DNA of 64,000 nt, taken from positions 1 through 64,000 of the forward strand of contig JYFJ02001298.1 in the NCBI GenBank assembly GCA_000934665.2, in the 5' to 3' direction. Shown in pieces: positions 26,763 through 39,500 of this stretch. This stretch comes from Catajapyx aquilonaris (taxonomy: Eukaryota). Position 1 is the first letter of the stretch. The number at the start of each line of letters is the position of its first letter. Both the position numbers and the translations under genes were made by a program. Under the pieces are notes generated by a model. The model did no database searches. It saw nothing but the letters and a program-made list of their open reading frames with translations, and was not told the origin of the DNA.

Positions 26763-28970
26763 GATGGACTCGACAGCCCCTGCTGAGGGGCACTCAAATC
26801 TGAAAGATAAATGTGATCAAACATTTAACACCATTATCTTCTTAAAAAATGATCCACCTGTGATGCAAATAATGCAAGGTACGCCACCTGCTTTTAGAAA
26901 TAGGCCTCCCGACGCCTATTGCCCCCAGAAGCTATTATGGCGGTTCCGAGTAATCGACAGCAGGCCAAAGCAGTGGTGCTCTTAAACTCAGCGCCGACGC
27001 CATTGGGTACAGAATAATGGATGAGGACACCCAAGGACATATTGAGCGCCCACACTCCGTGTATACATACTCGCCGACGTCTAATTCTCACCACGAAGCC
27101 TGACAGAGGCCTGTGGCTAACATTATTCCCTGCTCTTGCACTTCAACCCACCAAATTCTATAATGTTTCGAATTTTGCATAATAGTTGTTGTTCGCATAG
27201 GGTGTTAGGGGTGCATGAGACTGATACAAGAAATTGCTTTGGTTCCTTTCCTAGTACTCTTACTAAGATTTAGGGATTTTTAAAATTTGGGTTCATTCAT
27301 GACTTATAGGTTATAGCACTATCTCCAGTTCCAAAGCTCTATGTATACATGTACTGACAAACAGATCATGATGCAAGCTGAGAATTAGCCTATTCTCTAA
27401 TAAGTATACATCATCTTCCTCCCAGTTCAAGAGTGATTCAACTACTTGTATACCACTGGATAAAGTTCTCTCTCAATACCTAAGATTGAATCTAAAGTAG
27501 TGTGTGAGGTGGCCAAAGGTAATAATTATTATAAAATATAAAATAGTATAATGTAAAATAATCTAAAATTCTTCCGGAGGAAAGCTATAGTAGTCGAAAC
27601 TGTTCACTGTTGGCAAATTCTCACCTAGGCCAGGCTACGTGCTGATTTTCCACTTGTCATGCATCAAAAATTATTGCATCTACTTTGCGAATCTTTCGGC
27701 AGAATAAGCCAGAGCGCCTACTTTCCTTGCAAAATATGACACGCTATGAGGATGATTATAATCAGTAATTATTATCTCACTTCTTGCTGTCACAAAACAT
27801 CTGAAAAATATTCTTATCTGTTTAATGTTGAGGATGGTAGGAATGCAATAATTCGCTTGTAGCAAAACCTTTTTGCTGGCCCATAGCATTCCACATAATT
27901 ATAGAGCAAAATTAGTCTGTAAGTTTGGTCATTGTTACGGTACAATATGACCTATAGGTCCCAATGTCAATTAGTAGTAATTAATTTCATTGCCATCGTT
28001 AGATTCGTCATCGCACTATGCCCAACAATGGCAGTTATTTTCATGGAGAATAAAGTGTCGTCGTGAACACTGAAGTAATGTTAGTTATGCTGATTTTGAA
28101 CTTACCTTCCCCACCGGCTGATGTGACTCGAAAGCAACCTGAGTGATGCAGAGAACACCTAAGAGGAACTGGTGTAAAATAATCGCCGATCACGTGCCCC
28201 TCTCTGAACCCAATAAGGTTTCTGCAAGTGGCCTTCTCCATCCGCCAATCGTCACACGTGCTACAATCGCAAGGGTCAATTTCTGGGAAGGGCCTCTTTG
28301 GCCAGGGTAGGTAGGTAGGTGGCAATGGGAGGCCAGCTGTAGGCCTACCTGAAATGGGCCTCATCCAACCATATGTTATAGGCCTGCTAAATAATTATCT
28401 GAAAAGGAAAATAATCATGCCGCAAAAGTCTCAAGGTCGATAGAATTTCACAATTAACTTTATTATACCGTCTTTTTTTAAAGTTTGAATGTACATAAAT
28501 GTCAATCCAGAATTCGCATGGGGGTTTTTATTTACATCAAGTTATCTCTTAAGCCACGTTGAGGTAACAAAAATAAACGGGAGCACCTTCATACTGTATT
28601 GCTAAAGAATGTCGGACGGTAGATTATCATCACTTAGCTCAATAAGGTGGGGTGTTTTTTTCTTCTTCATATATTTTTGTAAATAGTGGGGGTGAACATA
28701 AACGTTGAGTGAAACCATTTTCGATTAATCCTCCGGATATTCGGCATTCCTTTTTTGTACCAAATAAAAAACCTCACCATTTGATAAGTGCTGATATTAT
28801 TCTAGACACTATAAGGGACAAAATAAAATGGACGGACAATGGTGTCGAAACCAAACAATAATAATCCTCGGTGCGATTACCAAGGGTTGTCCACCGGAGC
28901 CAGGTTGACTCCTTGGCTGGGCCTGAATCAAAAGAAATGGAATGCGTTACAACATGCCAATTCAAAGGAA

Positions 28971-31900
28971 TTAATGGACAACCCACTTGTTGTATTGTGT
29001 GTTGAAGTTGGTCTTTTCCATCTGACCAAAAGCTGCAATGGCGTTGTCGTCGAATCCAGGAGTTGGTGCATCAGCTTCTCCTCCAATCTTGCCTCCAGCC
29101 AGCCTGTGCTTGTAGTACCAGTACTCGAAAGCCAAGGTGATGCAGGCCAATCCGATTCCGACGAAGATCACGATAAACACACCACCTGAAGTGGTCGATT
29201 ATACGTAAGAATCCAGTCCAAAAAAGTGTCTGAAGAACCTATAAGCAGGCTACTTACCAATATTCTGGATGCTGATACCGTCAGACTGTCCAGAGTCCTT
29301 GTCGCACTTGAGCTTCTTGGGGTTCTGATTCCACCATCTTTCCTTCAGCGTCTCGAGTTTCCTCTGATTCAGAAGCTTCAGGATGCTACGAACCAATAGA
29401 AAATGAAGCTTAAACATAGTGGGGAAAAATAATAATCAATTACATGCTTTGTGCAAAGTACGATGGTGCTGTTACATGCGATTACACTAGCAGGAACTCT
29501 ACGATTTATTTAATTGTCCTGCACTTACGCCCCATCCAGCTGGCTCCTGAGTGGAGAACCTTTCTGAACCCCAAGGGCGTACGACTTCTGTGCGACTTCG
29601 TCTCCAATCATCTGCACATCACATTCGGTCATCTCTGCATACCGGATTTCGGATGCATCGCCTGTGCGCAATTTCATACATGCACAGTGCACTCACTGGT
29701 ATCAATTACGACAAAGTTTTTCAGTGTGTTTGTGGACATTCACATTTTTTTTTTGATTTTCATGCTTGTGGAATCAGGTGTATCATAGTGTGGAAAATTG
29801 AATGTTTCATGCGTTTTTGCTGTGTTTGTGCGGCTGAAGAACAATGAAACTCACGCCTCTGAGAATTGATCTTTGAGAGGAGATCCCTTCTGAACGCCAA
29901 CAGCAAAAGGCTTTCGAGAAAACTCCTCTCCGACCTGGACCAGGTCACATGAAGTCATGACTGTGTACTTGATCTCAGTTGCCTCGCCTGGAACCCAACG
30001 CCCAGAGTGTTATTGTCATGACAAACAAACAAAAAAGAGTGGTCGTACTGTCAGTTATGAGTGATGAACATAATAATTATGTAAACTTTAAAAAAAAATC
30101 CACTTGAAACAGGCCCAGCACCATATGATTTTTAATAAACTTAATTGGTCAATTCCTTTGATATGAGTAAAACCAACACTCAAATTATTCAGGCAACTAA
30201 AATTTTTAAATATTTAATTAAAATAGTGAGTGATATTTCAAGTGTAGAAGTACCCATTCAAAAATAATTAAGGCAGTAAAATAGCATCTGAAATAATGTT
30301 CAAATCTGGCATAAATATAAAGTCATGAAACTTCATCCAATCAATACAGTACAAGTATATCCAAAGTAAACGTTTTGTGTTGCAACGAGTCTAATAAAAT
30401 TGCTCCGATATCGATTGAACAATCAATAAAGTAGTCAAAAATATATGCCGTCAGCACTCTGATGATTGTCCACGTCGTATATCTCTGGAACAAACGCTTA
30501 TGGATTTAACTCATTGCATCCAGGTCTGTTAAAAGAAATTAATGGGGAGTGATTTTTTTTTAAAAAAAAGCTTCTCTCTCACCTAAGAAGGCAAACCCTT
30601 CTGAGGATGACTTTGACTTTCGGACACGGACAAGGGCATCTGAAAATGTCTCCGGCAGCTTTGTCTCCTTCATGGCCTGCCACATCTTGGTGAACTTGTC
30701 ACTCACTGGGTAGTCCCAGACAGCCAGCTTGGCTCTCTGGAGCTCATCCAAGCTGTCGTTCAGGCTCATGTCCTTCCAAATCCTGTCAAATAAACAGAGT
30801 TGTTGACCTTTGCGTCAAATTATTACCTCTCAACCAAACTTACTCGTAGAACTTGTGCTCGATGTAGGCCATTCTCTCAAAGTATGTTGAGCTGGAGGTT
30901 CCGTTCATTGGAGCATACTGGATCTTGTACTGCTTGGACAGATCGTCCAGTGACTCGATGGGGGCGTCCAATCGGGACACTGTCAAGAAGGCGGCCAAGT
31001 TAGCTGTGTATGAAGCGATGATGATGAATCCAAAGAGCCACCAGGTAGCGGCCACCAGTCTTCCTGACACGTTCTTCGGGGCTTCTCCTCCTCCTTGAGG
31101 GGTCAGAGAGGTCATGCAGAACCACAAGGATTCCTTCAGGGTGAACTCTCGCTTCTCATCGTCATCCTTGTACTTCTCCTTATTGTTCTGGTAGCTGTAT
31201 GGGCTAAACCGGTCGAATATCCACAGCAGCAGGCTGAAAAGAATCATTGTTAAGGCATTGTTGGGCAATATTCTGAAATGATGTTTATATGTATAATGTG
31301 CTTACCTTGTGAAAAAGTAGGCAGCCAAGATGCAGAGCCACACATCAGTCTCGAGCACAGTCAAGAACTTGAAGAGTGATGTTGGAACAGATGGTTTCTT
31401 CATCAGGATGCTAATTCCGACCAAATCGTAGTAAGGCACTGTGAAGTCGATCACATTCTCTCTCTCAGCCATCACAGATAGGGCTCCCAGGGCAATGTCA
31501 GCTCTCTGCGATCATTACAATACCAATTAACCAAAAGCTACCAATTTAGCTAATGAAAGTATTAGTGACTTCCAACAAACCTTGTCCACAAGCTCTCGAA
31601 TCATGCCGTTCCATTGCTTGTTGTCGTCCATGGCTCCATATCGTTTGTCGTCAACTTCGCGGATCTCGTAGTCGAAAGGAATGATCTTCCTGATTTCCTC
31701 CAGCAACTGAATGCAGTATCCTTCGTAGCACTTTTCTCCAACACAATCCTCAATCTTCTCCACAAATGGTGGTTGCTGAGAAAAAAGCGAGATCACAAAA
31801 TGAAAAACTATTGCAAGTTTGTTCCCAAACGCCTTTTTTATTTCCAGCCTTTATACACATGGAAGCTTGGGACATTTTATGTACACAGTTTGGAATTTAT

Positions 31901-34900
31901 ATATTATTACAAAATATTGAGCTTTATTTTTTTTGGCATTTAGTTAATGAGCAAAAGAGTTAAGGCCCCAGCAACAACTGGCTGGACAAATTAGTGGTAA
32001 ATACGGAACTTACCACGACAGTGACCACGCGGTAGACAATGTCGGCGACATGATCTGTCAGGTCCCTTCCGGCGTCGAACTGGAGCTCGCCCATGGGCCA
32101 ACCGCCCTTCCATGTCCCGACCTTGTTCTTGGTTGCGGTCTGTCCGTTCACGATGTGGTACTTGTCAAGTTGCATTTGAAAGTTCATCCAGCTCAAACCG
32201 TTTGTCTCGATCGTCAAGGGTCCGTAAGTTGGTGTCAACGAGTCCTGCGATACACACAATACAAAGTTGGAATATCACTACAATATTCTAATCCTTCCCA
32301 TTAACTTAGCCTAATTGATAGTTGGGAGATCCAGGAGAACCCGCTCGAAAAATGCAAAAAATTAACGGTTCATTTCATAAATGTATGATAAGTTTCCTAC
32401 AAATGTTTACTAAAATCTCCTTCATTTGCCTTTGTTGAGTTCAGCATGGTTAAACCTGAGACTTTCATCCGGCTAAATGCTTTTTAGTTGAAGGTTTCTT
32501 TCAGAGTTTCAGTGAGATTCTTGCAAAACCTCACCTACTGTGTGGTTAGTCTGATTATAATGTTAAAACTTATTCACAGTTACAAAATGTACGCCATTTC
32601 AGTGTGTTCAGCTAAGCGGTGGTTGTGCAAGAGTTTCATGGAAATCATTACCCTGTCAAATGCTTTAAATGTTCTTTTGATACGAGTAAAATGGTCGTTG
32701 ATAAAAATTTAAATAGCAAAGTCTTGTGCGTCACATTTGATTGCAGACAGGACCTCATACCACGAGTCCAACCGAGAAATTGTCATCGATTTGGAACCCT
32801 TGGAGGGTTCGCCCCCTTGAATTATAGACAGTCCGGCAAAATAGGTCTGGGCCGCGGAGGAATGGACCTTTTTCTCTTTTGTAACACGTACCGCTTTCAA
32901 AGCCGACTTGAACAGGACTTGAGGCTTCAGTGGAGGGTCATCCTTGTTGTACACCTCGCAGGTAATTGCCTCGCGGGTCGGAATCCACGTGCCCTTCTCC
33001 ACCATTTCTCTGAAAAAGTAAAACAGGAAGATGCACATACTTACAAGGTTCCTCTCTCAAAATGAATAAAACAGCATATCAAGCCAACAAAGGGGAACAC
33101 ATCATGACGATAAATTGATACGAATCTGCATATGTAGACCGCATACAATGTACACAATAGTATATACTATTGTGTACATTATGATTCTGAGGCATGTCAT
33201 ATATTATGTAATACTATATCCGGCTATACTGTGTACTGCGCTTATGCCCGGTATTGGCAAGTCAAGTTATTGCTGACATCTTAGGCCAAATTAAATAGCT
33301 AGGTGTCAAATATATTGAACATAACGTGCTGTGTGTCTCCAATGTGTCAGAGTGGACATACAATATTTTTTTTGTTCCTGTCATTCAAATTCATGCTAAT
33401 TATTATATCAGTGGATGAACCAAAATGTCATTTTGTCTCCTTTTTACATCGGTGTATAGTTTTTCTCTCATGTAATTGTCAACTTTTTTGGCAAGGTCTT
33501 TTTGGCATTGTTTCAGAACATGTATAGAGAGACTAACCCGACGGTCTTGATGCTGCGGACAGCCAAGTCGAAGTAGAAGGCGGCGTCAATGGCTGGCTTG
33601 TCCTTGAGGCCGTAGGTGTCAGACAGCTGAGTCAGCATGGATCCTTCCTGCTCCGGGACTGGAAACAGGTGAACCACACTCGAATTGGAGCATTCCTTGC
33701 AGGCAATATCACCACGTTCCTGCCAAACAATAAAGGATCCAAAAAAATAATTAGAGTGTGTTTCACATCATGATGTGAAGAGGTCTTACCTTGCTGATGG
33801 TGTACCAGGCGTACTTTCGGTTGAACAGTCCCTTCCTGTGAGCAGCATTCAGAACTTTCACGATGCTATTGGGCTTGGCGATGACGAAGAAGTTGAAGAT
33901 GTCCACGTGGACCAGCCTGTCCAACTGCTTCTCCACATCCGCATCAGTAGGGTCGATCACATGGATGATGTGTCTGGTTGGCATGTTCTGCAGCAGCGAC
34001 TTGTACTTGTGGTCCATCTCTGTACACATATAAACAGACGGTACAGTAGACTGCAACAGTCATACCTGCAATATGTGACAAACCGAATGAATCGTCGAAA
34101 AGGACTGCAGCACTGGTGATGTTCTGCTGTCCCACAATGGCTCTGATGGCCTGAATGACAATGTCACCAGGAGGCATGATCTGTATCAGGTACTCGAGTT
34201 CATCTGTGCTCAGGTCCATCCACTCGCGAAGGTCGTACTCTTCGCCATAGGACGCGCTGATGGTAGGTATGGTCAGCGCCCTGGAGATGGCCTTGACCAC
34301 CTCAGAAGGCAATCCGGACAAGGTCGTGTCCATGATGATATGAGGAGGGTTCTCACTCTTCAAGGCGGCGTCCAGCTGGTTGCAAACTGTCCAACAAATC
34401 GGAAGAATCAGACAACAATGCTTGCGGACAACGTCGTTCAGGACTTACCATTTTCGACCATGTTTTCTGCGCCTGTACCGTTGACGTTGACGAAGTTGAT
34501 CTCGCCTACTTGTCCGACTGTAGGGTTTCGTTCGAAGTATCGTCGGGCGGCTCTAAGTGCTTTCTCGGCCATTGCATTGCGTTGTTCATTCACAAAGACT
34601 GTAAAAGTACACGTACCGAATATAGTAAGCAGCGCGTAAGGAGCTTTGGCTGGAAACAAAAGTTCGCGAACAAAGTAAACACTTGTTTACACAAGTCCAG
34701 TATTGGATAAATGCATTAATATTGCGGATTATTCCCGCACTTGCAATGACACGTAATGCTTACCGTGTGCACAGTCGCATTAGACCACGTGATTGACACT
34801 ACATGTTGCGACAATCCCAAAGAGCTATTTGGACAATCCTAAAGAGTCAATAATTATTTTTCTGACAGCCACTTTTACATCCCCATTTTGTGGCCAACTA

Positions 34901-35301
34901 ATGATTTTAATAAGTCCATAAATGTTATTACACACAAGAAAAATATCGACGCGACGAAACTAAAAAATATTCCACGCACAAGTCTGTTTGTTCTGCTTTC
35001 TTGTTTTCAGTCGCTTTGCAAATATCCGCAATTGAGGCTACGTGACGTGTTTTAATAATTTAAATACTAAAAATGAAGTCAGCAACAACTAGTGTAAACA
35101 TAATCTAATTATTTGACGACACTAGCTATGCCAGCAAGTTAGATGTTTTTACATTATTCTGCAGCCAAGTCTCGTTACTTCAATTTATTTATTAAAAAAA
35201 TCAGTGTACTTACAGACGTTGACAGGTGCTGCTTGTAGCGATGGTCTTGGAGCCACAGCCAGCACCATGAGCACACAGCATAATGGCGCCAAAGCGCCCA
35301 T
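28971..35301 (-). CDS. Ir25a: Ionotropic receptor co-receptor IR25a. Exons 35301-35214, 34598-34449, 34386-34084, 34019-33790, 33719-33538, 33009-32892, 32244-32014, 31775-31581, 31505-31306, 31233-30844, 30782-30583, [29987-29855 OR 29661-29529], 29385-29258, 29185-28971
   Basis: Motifs include MDHKYKSLLQNMPTRH, MAERENVIDFTVPYYDLVGISILM, KDDDEKREF, WKDMSLNDSL..LAVWDYPVSDKFTKMWQAM, GEEFSRKP, ILKLLNQRKLETLKERWW and GISIQNIGGVFIVIF. All junctions are GT-AG and phase-consistent. The exact C-terminus is uncertain. Confidence 0.95.
29529..29661 (-). CDS. Ir25a: IR25a alternative exon 12B (133 bp): GDASEIRYAEMTECDVQMIGDEVAQKSYALGVQKGSPLRSQLDGA
   Basis: Acceptor gcacag, donor GC|gtaagt, same length and phases as 12A, no stop codons, 23/45 residues identical to 12A by hand alignment. 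Confidence 0.85.
29855..29987 (-). CDS. Ir25a: IR25a alternative exon 12A (133 bp): GEATEIKYTVMTSCDLVQVGEEFSRKPFAVGVQKGSPLKDQFSEA
   Basis: Acceptor ttccag, donor GC|gtgag, phase 1 in and phase 2 out, no stop codons. Confidence 0.9.
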
Positions 35302-36517
35302 TATTTAAAAACGGATGTTAAAACAAGCTCAACTATGGAAAAGAATAATTTCCAACCAAGTCCTCATGCCAACATATCCCCGACTGGACTTGTTGTGAAT
35401 TTCCCAAAAAAAAGGCAGCGTGTAATAGCCCGAGACTGAATGATTGGGCCAATTCGACAGCCAATGGCAGCCTCAGTCGCGGTTCCAACCGACCTATCAC
35501 AGTCCACCACGACCGTAGTTTGATCTGGTTCGAAGAACTTGCCCCGCTTGTAATATTGTCTATTGTGAAACCCGCAAAATTCAGCATCAACTTGTTGTAA
35601 AAATTAATTCAATTTTTAATCGAAATTATGTAATTAGCCTTATCGGATGATGTGACACTAATTTTGAGAAGCAAAAAAATCAATCTGCAATTTTATATCC
35701 AAATAATGTCCCAATGTGTCTGTCACTAGCTCTAATCTATATGCTAAAAATTAATTGATATGAATTGGGGGCATGAACTACGCCCGTTGTATTGTGACCC
35801 TGATTCAGTAGGGGCAGTTGGAGGTCAGCCTGGATCGATACCCTTACCCGACTTGAATAATGCAGTCTTTCCATATACTCCAGCTCGCATAATCCATCTC
35901 CTTCATATTTGACGAGCATCGACCTCTCTCTCTCTCTCTTTCCCCTACCCTCAATTGCTTGCCCCTTCGCTTCGCCTCCCAAAGCTACACGTCCCATCCA
36001 TTTTGTCCTAGTTAACACAGGTACGCCAGCACATAGTCAACACCAAGTCCATCTAACGTACAAAGGTCGAAACCACCACCACAAAATCTCACCCTCAATA
36101 TTATTGTTGCCAACATTTAGCACTGGGTCGCTGCGAACTTTTATTAACAATTCAGGCAACCTTTTCCTGCTGTGTCCTTGCAAAAGTCAATGTCGAGCTA
36201 CCACTTGTGAGATAACAGAAACCTTGTAAGGACAAGCAGTTGTTGAATTCTTCATTTGCCATCACTGAAAGCAGTCCTTATCAGCAGCTACCCCATTTTG
36301 AGTTATATAGCCCTATCGGTATTTTGCAATCAAACGAATCATTTTTCTGACTTCGATATAGAGTGTGTTGGCCTGCTAAGCATTACGTGTGTTTCAAGCC
36401 AAGAGTGTGGGCAGTAAAACCTTTCAACAGTTGGAACCTGACAAAACTCAAAACCTGCGGACAAGTATTTTCGAATCGATTTGAAAAACATACACAATGT
36501 GTCCATTTTTCCAGACT

Positions 36518-39500
36518 TTATTCAAGGAAAGGATAAGGAGCTTTTTTGCGAAATGATAAGGCTACAATGCGACGTGCAGCTTTTTCCCTTCGCTTCCGCC
36601 AAACTTCCATTCCATACATGAGGGCAGCCAAGCACAATCCTGAAAAACAGTGTTAGAGCGACATGCTGTGACAATTTATGTCCATTACAATAATAATCTC
36701 GAATAAACCACATGAAGGTCACCTAGAAGTAGGAGACAAAAAGTTCCGGCCAGATCCTCCAGCCCCACAGATTTGGCTCCGGAGGTGTTGGCTCTTTTGC
36801 TCCTGGCAGCTGCTTCGACATAGCAAGTTCTCTTCGCAGGCCAAGTCTCGCTCTTCCATTTGGCTACTAAACCACTGCGAACAAGCTGGATCAATCTATT
36901 ATTTAAAAATAAATAACAATTACAGAGGCACCGACGATGAAAGTGCATTTCAACGACACTGGTATGCTATCGGTCATGTCCAGCAGTGGCATAAAAATCA
37001 ACTCACACCTATCTTGTGCAAAATCTCCAAAATGTTACTGTCTATATTGATGGAATACATTATTAAGAGCGTATATGTTTACATAATATTATTTAGAAAA
37101 CTTTTCCACAAAATTTTGGCAACCGAAGCTCTCTTAACTCGGCTACAAAAATGTAAATAATTAAGGGGATTTATGACAAAAGTTGTCTTCACTTTACGAA
37201 AAACGTTTCAGCTCATGGAAACTTGAATTTGTTTTCATATCATATCATTTTGATAGTCAAGTACTCTGCGGAAAAAGTATTCAGAGGGGGCCCTCTGAGT
37301 ATGTTATCGACGACGTTTCTCTACCTTGCAAATATTCTTATCAATACCGACATGTCTTCTAGTTAGGCTACATATTATTTCTTTCATTCATAATGCACTC
37401 TCTGCGTGGGTTCAAGGCTTCTTCCAACCCATTCTGCCCATTGTACCCCTTCGAAGCCCTCAACTCAACCTCAACTACTATATCGACTTGTTCTTTCTAT
37501 AGTTGCTCTATAGTCTTAAAATCCAGTATACATTTCACTTACTCTGAGTTAAATCTGGAAAGATGAGGACTGTCCTTGGGAACAGCCAACGCCACTTGCT
37601 CCTCCAGAAAATCGTACGGACCTTCGAAAACAAGATCCATTAAAATACATGATCAGTTCTGATCGTCGACAATGCGTATACTACATACCAGCTAACCGGA
37701 CGTTACATAAGACAGAATCTGCTAGGAATCCCCGAAAGCGCTCCCTTGAATCCATAACGACCATCTTCTCGTCTCTGATCATCTCCAGGGTCTTGAGCAT
37801 GTCTTCCTCTCCGTGGTCCAGCACCACAGCTTCCTGGATGGAGGTCGGGTACATCTCGAGTCCCGACCTGTTCACAAATGGCGAGGACCTCAACAGGCCC
37901 AGTGGCGGATAAGTGTACGAGATGCTGAAGACGGACTGCTGAGTTCCTGGCATGGACAGAAGGTGTTTCATCAGACCAGAGTCAAGGCTGGCTGGTTTCC
38001 TCTGGCTCAGCAAAGCAACCAGTGACCCTGAATACAGGGTCGTGGTCACCAATGTGGTTGCCCACCAGGCACCGGCTACGCATCGGGCTGCACCTCCTGG
38101 TGAACGAACCGTGGCTCCTCCTGAAAAAAGTGTGTCGGATATAAACAACAAAATATTCTTCTGGAAGAACATAATACAGTACCTTGTTGCAAGGCAGCTC
38201 CCATGACATACCAGCAGCAAAGAAAAAAGCTCGAAAGAGATGGATCTCCTGGTTTTATGGCTGGTATCACTCTCATTGAGAACAGGTACAGAATAGGTCC
38301 CACGAGAGCTACTGCTGCTAGTATGGCAAGCCATGCCTGGCCAAATAAAATGAGATGATCATTTGGAGCTGATTGGAACAGAATATCCTTACCAGAGTGG
38401 AGTAAGGCTGCAGGAAGAGCAGAAGGCGTCCCAAGTGTCCAGGTGCCTTGACCAAAAAGGCGTATCTCCTGGAGGCGAACACTGTGGTGAAATCTAGGAT
38501 GGTGCTGGAATTGTCGTTGTACACTGGAAAAGCAACTGCAGCAAGAGACACCTCGTTTCTCTGCAGTTGACCCAAAACTCCGGTCCAGACACCATCAGAG
38601 TCCTCATAGCCCCAGAGGCTACCATCTTCAGGTACCATCACTTCATAGCTAAAATGTTTATGACGCATTGTGAGTAGCCGTTATCCTAACAGTTCAGAGC
38701 TAACCATGCGACTCGCATGTTCGCAGCTCAGTCTGCCTTACAGGATAAAGATAAATTCCGTCTTTCAGAAGTAAAAGAAAAATACTGTCAGACACTTACC
38801 TGAAATTCATTCTAACAGATAGTTCATCCAAGATGCGGAAGACTAACCCAGATGAGTAGATGACACGACCGAATTCGTCCACTTCTACAATCTGCCAAGG
38901 AGGAAACTACAGCAGAATGTTAGATAATAATTAGAATGTCAGCAATATTCTTACATGAAAAGATCCGACTTTGAGTACCCGACCCCTCATTCCCCCTTGA
39001 ACATTTGGAAAAGTCTGGTCTCGCATCCTCGTTCCGGTCATGGGTGACCACCATCCGGCTACCAGAAGGTCAGGGTTCCCTCCTTCGATGGTCCTGAATG
39101 TCCAGCGGTCACAGGTGACCTCGATTGACTCCAGGGCATCCTTAGTGGCTGTGATGATGTCCGCACTGTGCTGGGCCCAGGAAGGACGCACCTGGTCCCA
39201 TTCATCCTCAGGGAATTCATTCCAGAGGTTCAGCTCCTCGTTCACAGTCTTCTCCAGGCCTTTGGTCACTGCTTCAATTAGTGTCCTGGAATGTGACTTG
39301 ACCTGTTCCTCCAACTTCGATTGGGTCGAACAAACCCTATCTGCCGACCCATCTCTTTCGGGATCCTTCTGCAGAAAGCAAACGTTATCGCCGTCATGGA
39401 GAAGTTGAACCAGGCGACTTTCAGCGTCTGGGTCGTCTCCCAGGACTATGAACCACTGGTAAGAAGGTCCTAAGAATCCGTGTAGCCTTGCCTGCAACAA

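Noticed and set aside
30400..30530. Possible third copy of IR25a exon 12 after an AG at about 30526
   Set aside because: It reads DLDAMS then a stop, with no similarity to 12A or 12B.
32709..32891. Open frame continuing past IR25a exon 6 (possible extra exon)
   Set aside because: It has no IR similarity, and a good donor at 32891 joins exon 7 in phase. A separate exon would need an intron of only about 44 bp.
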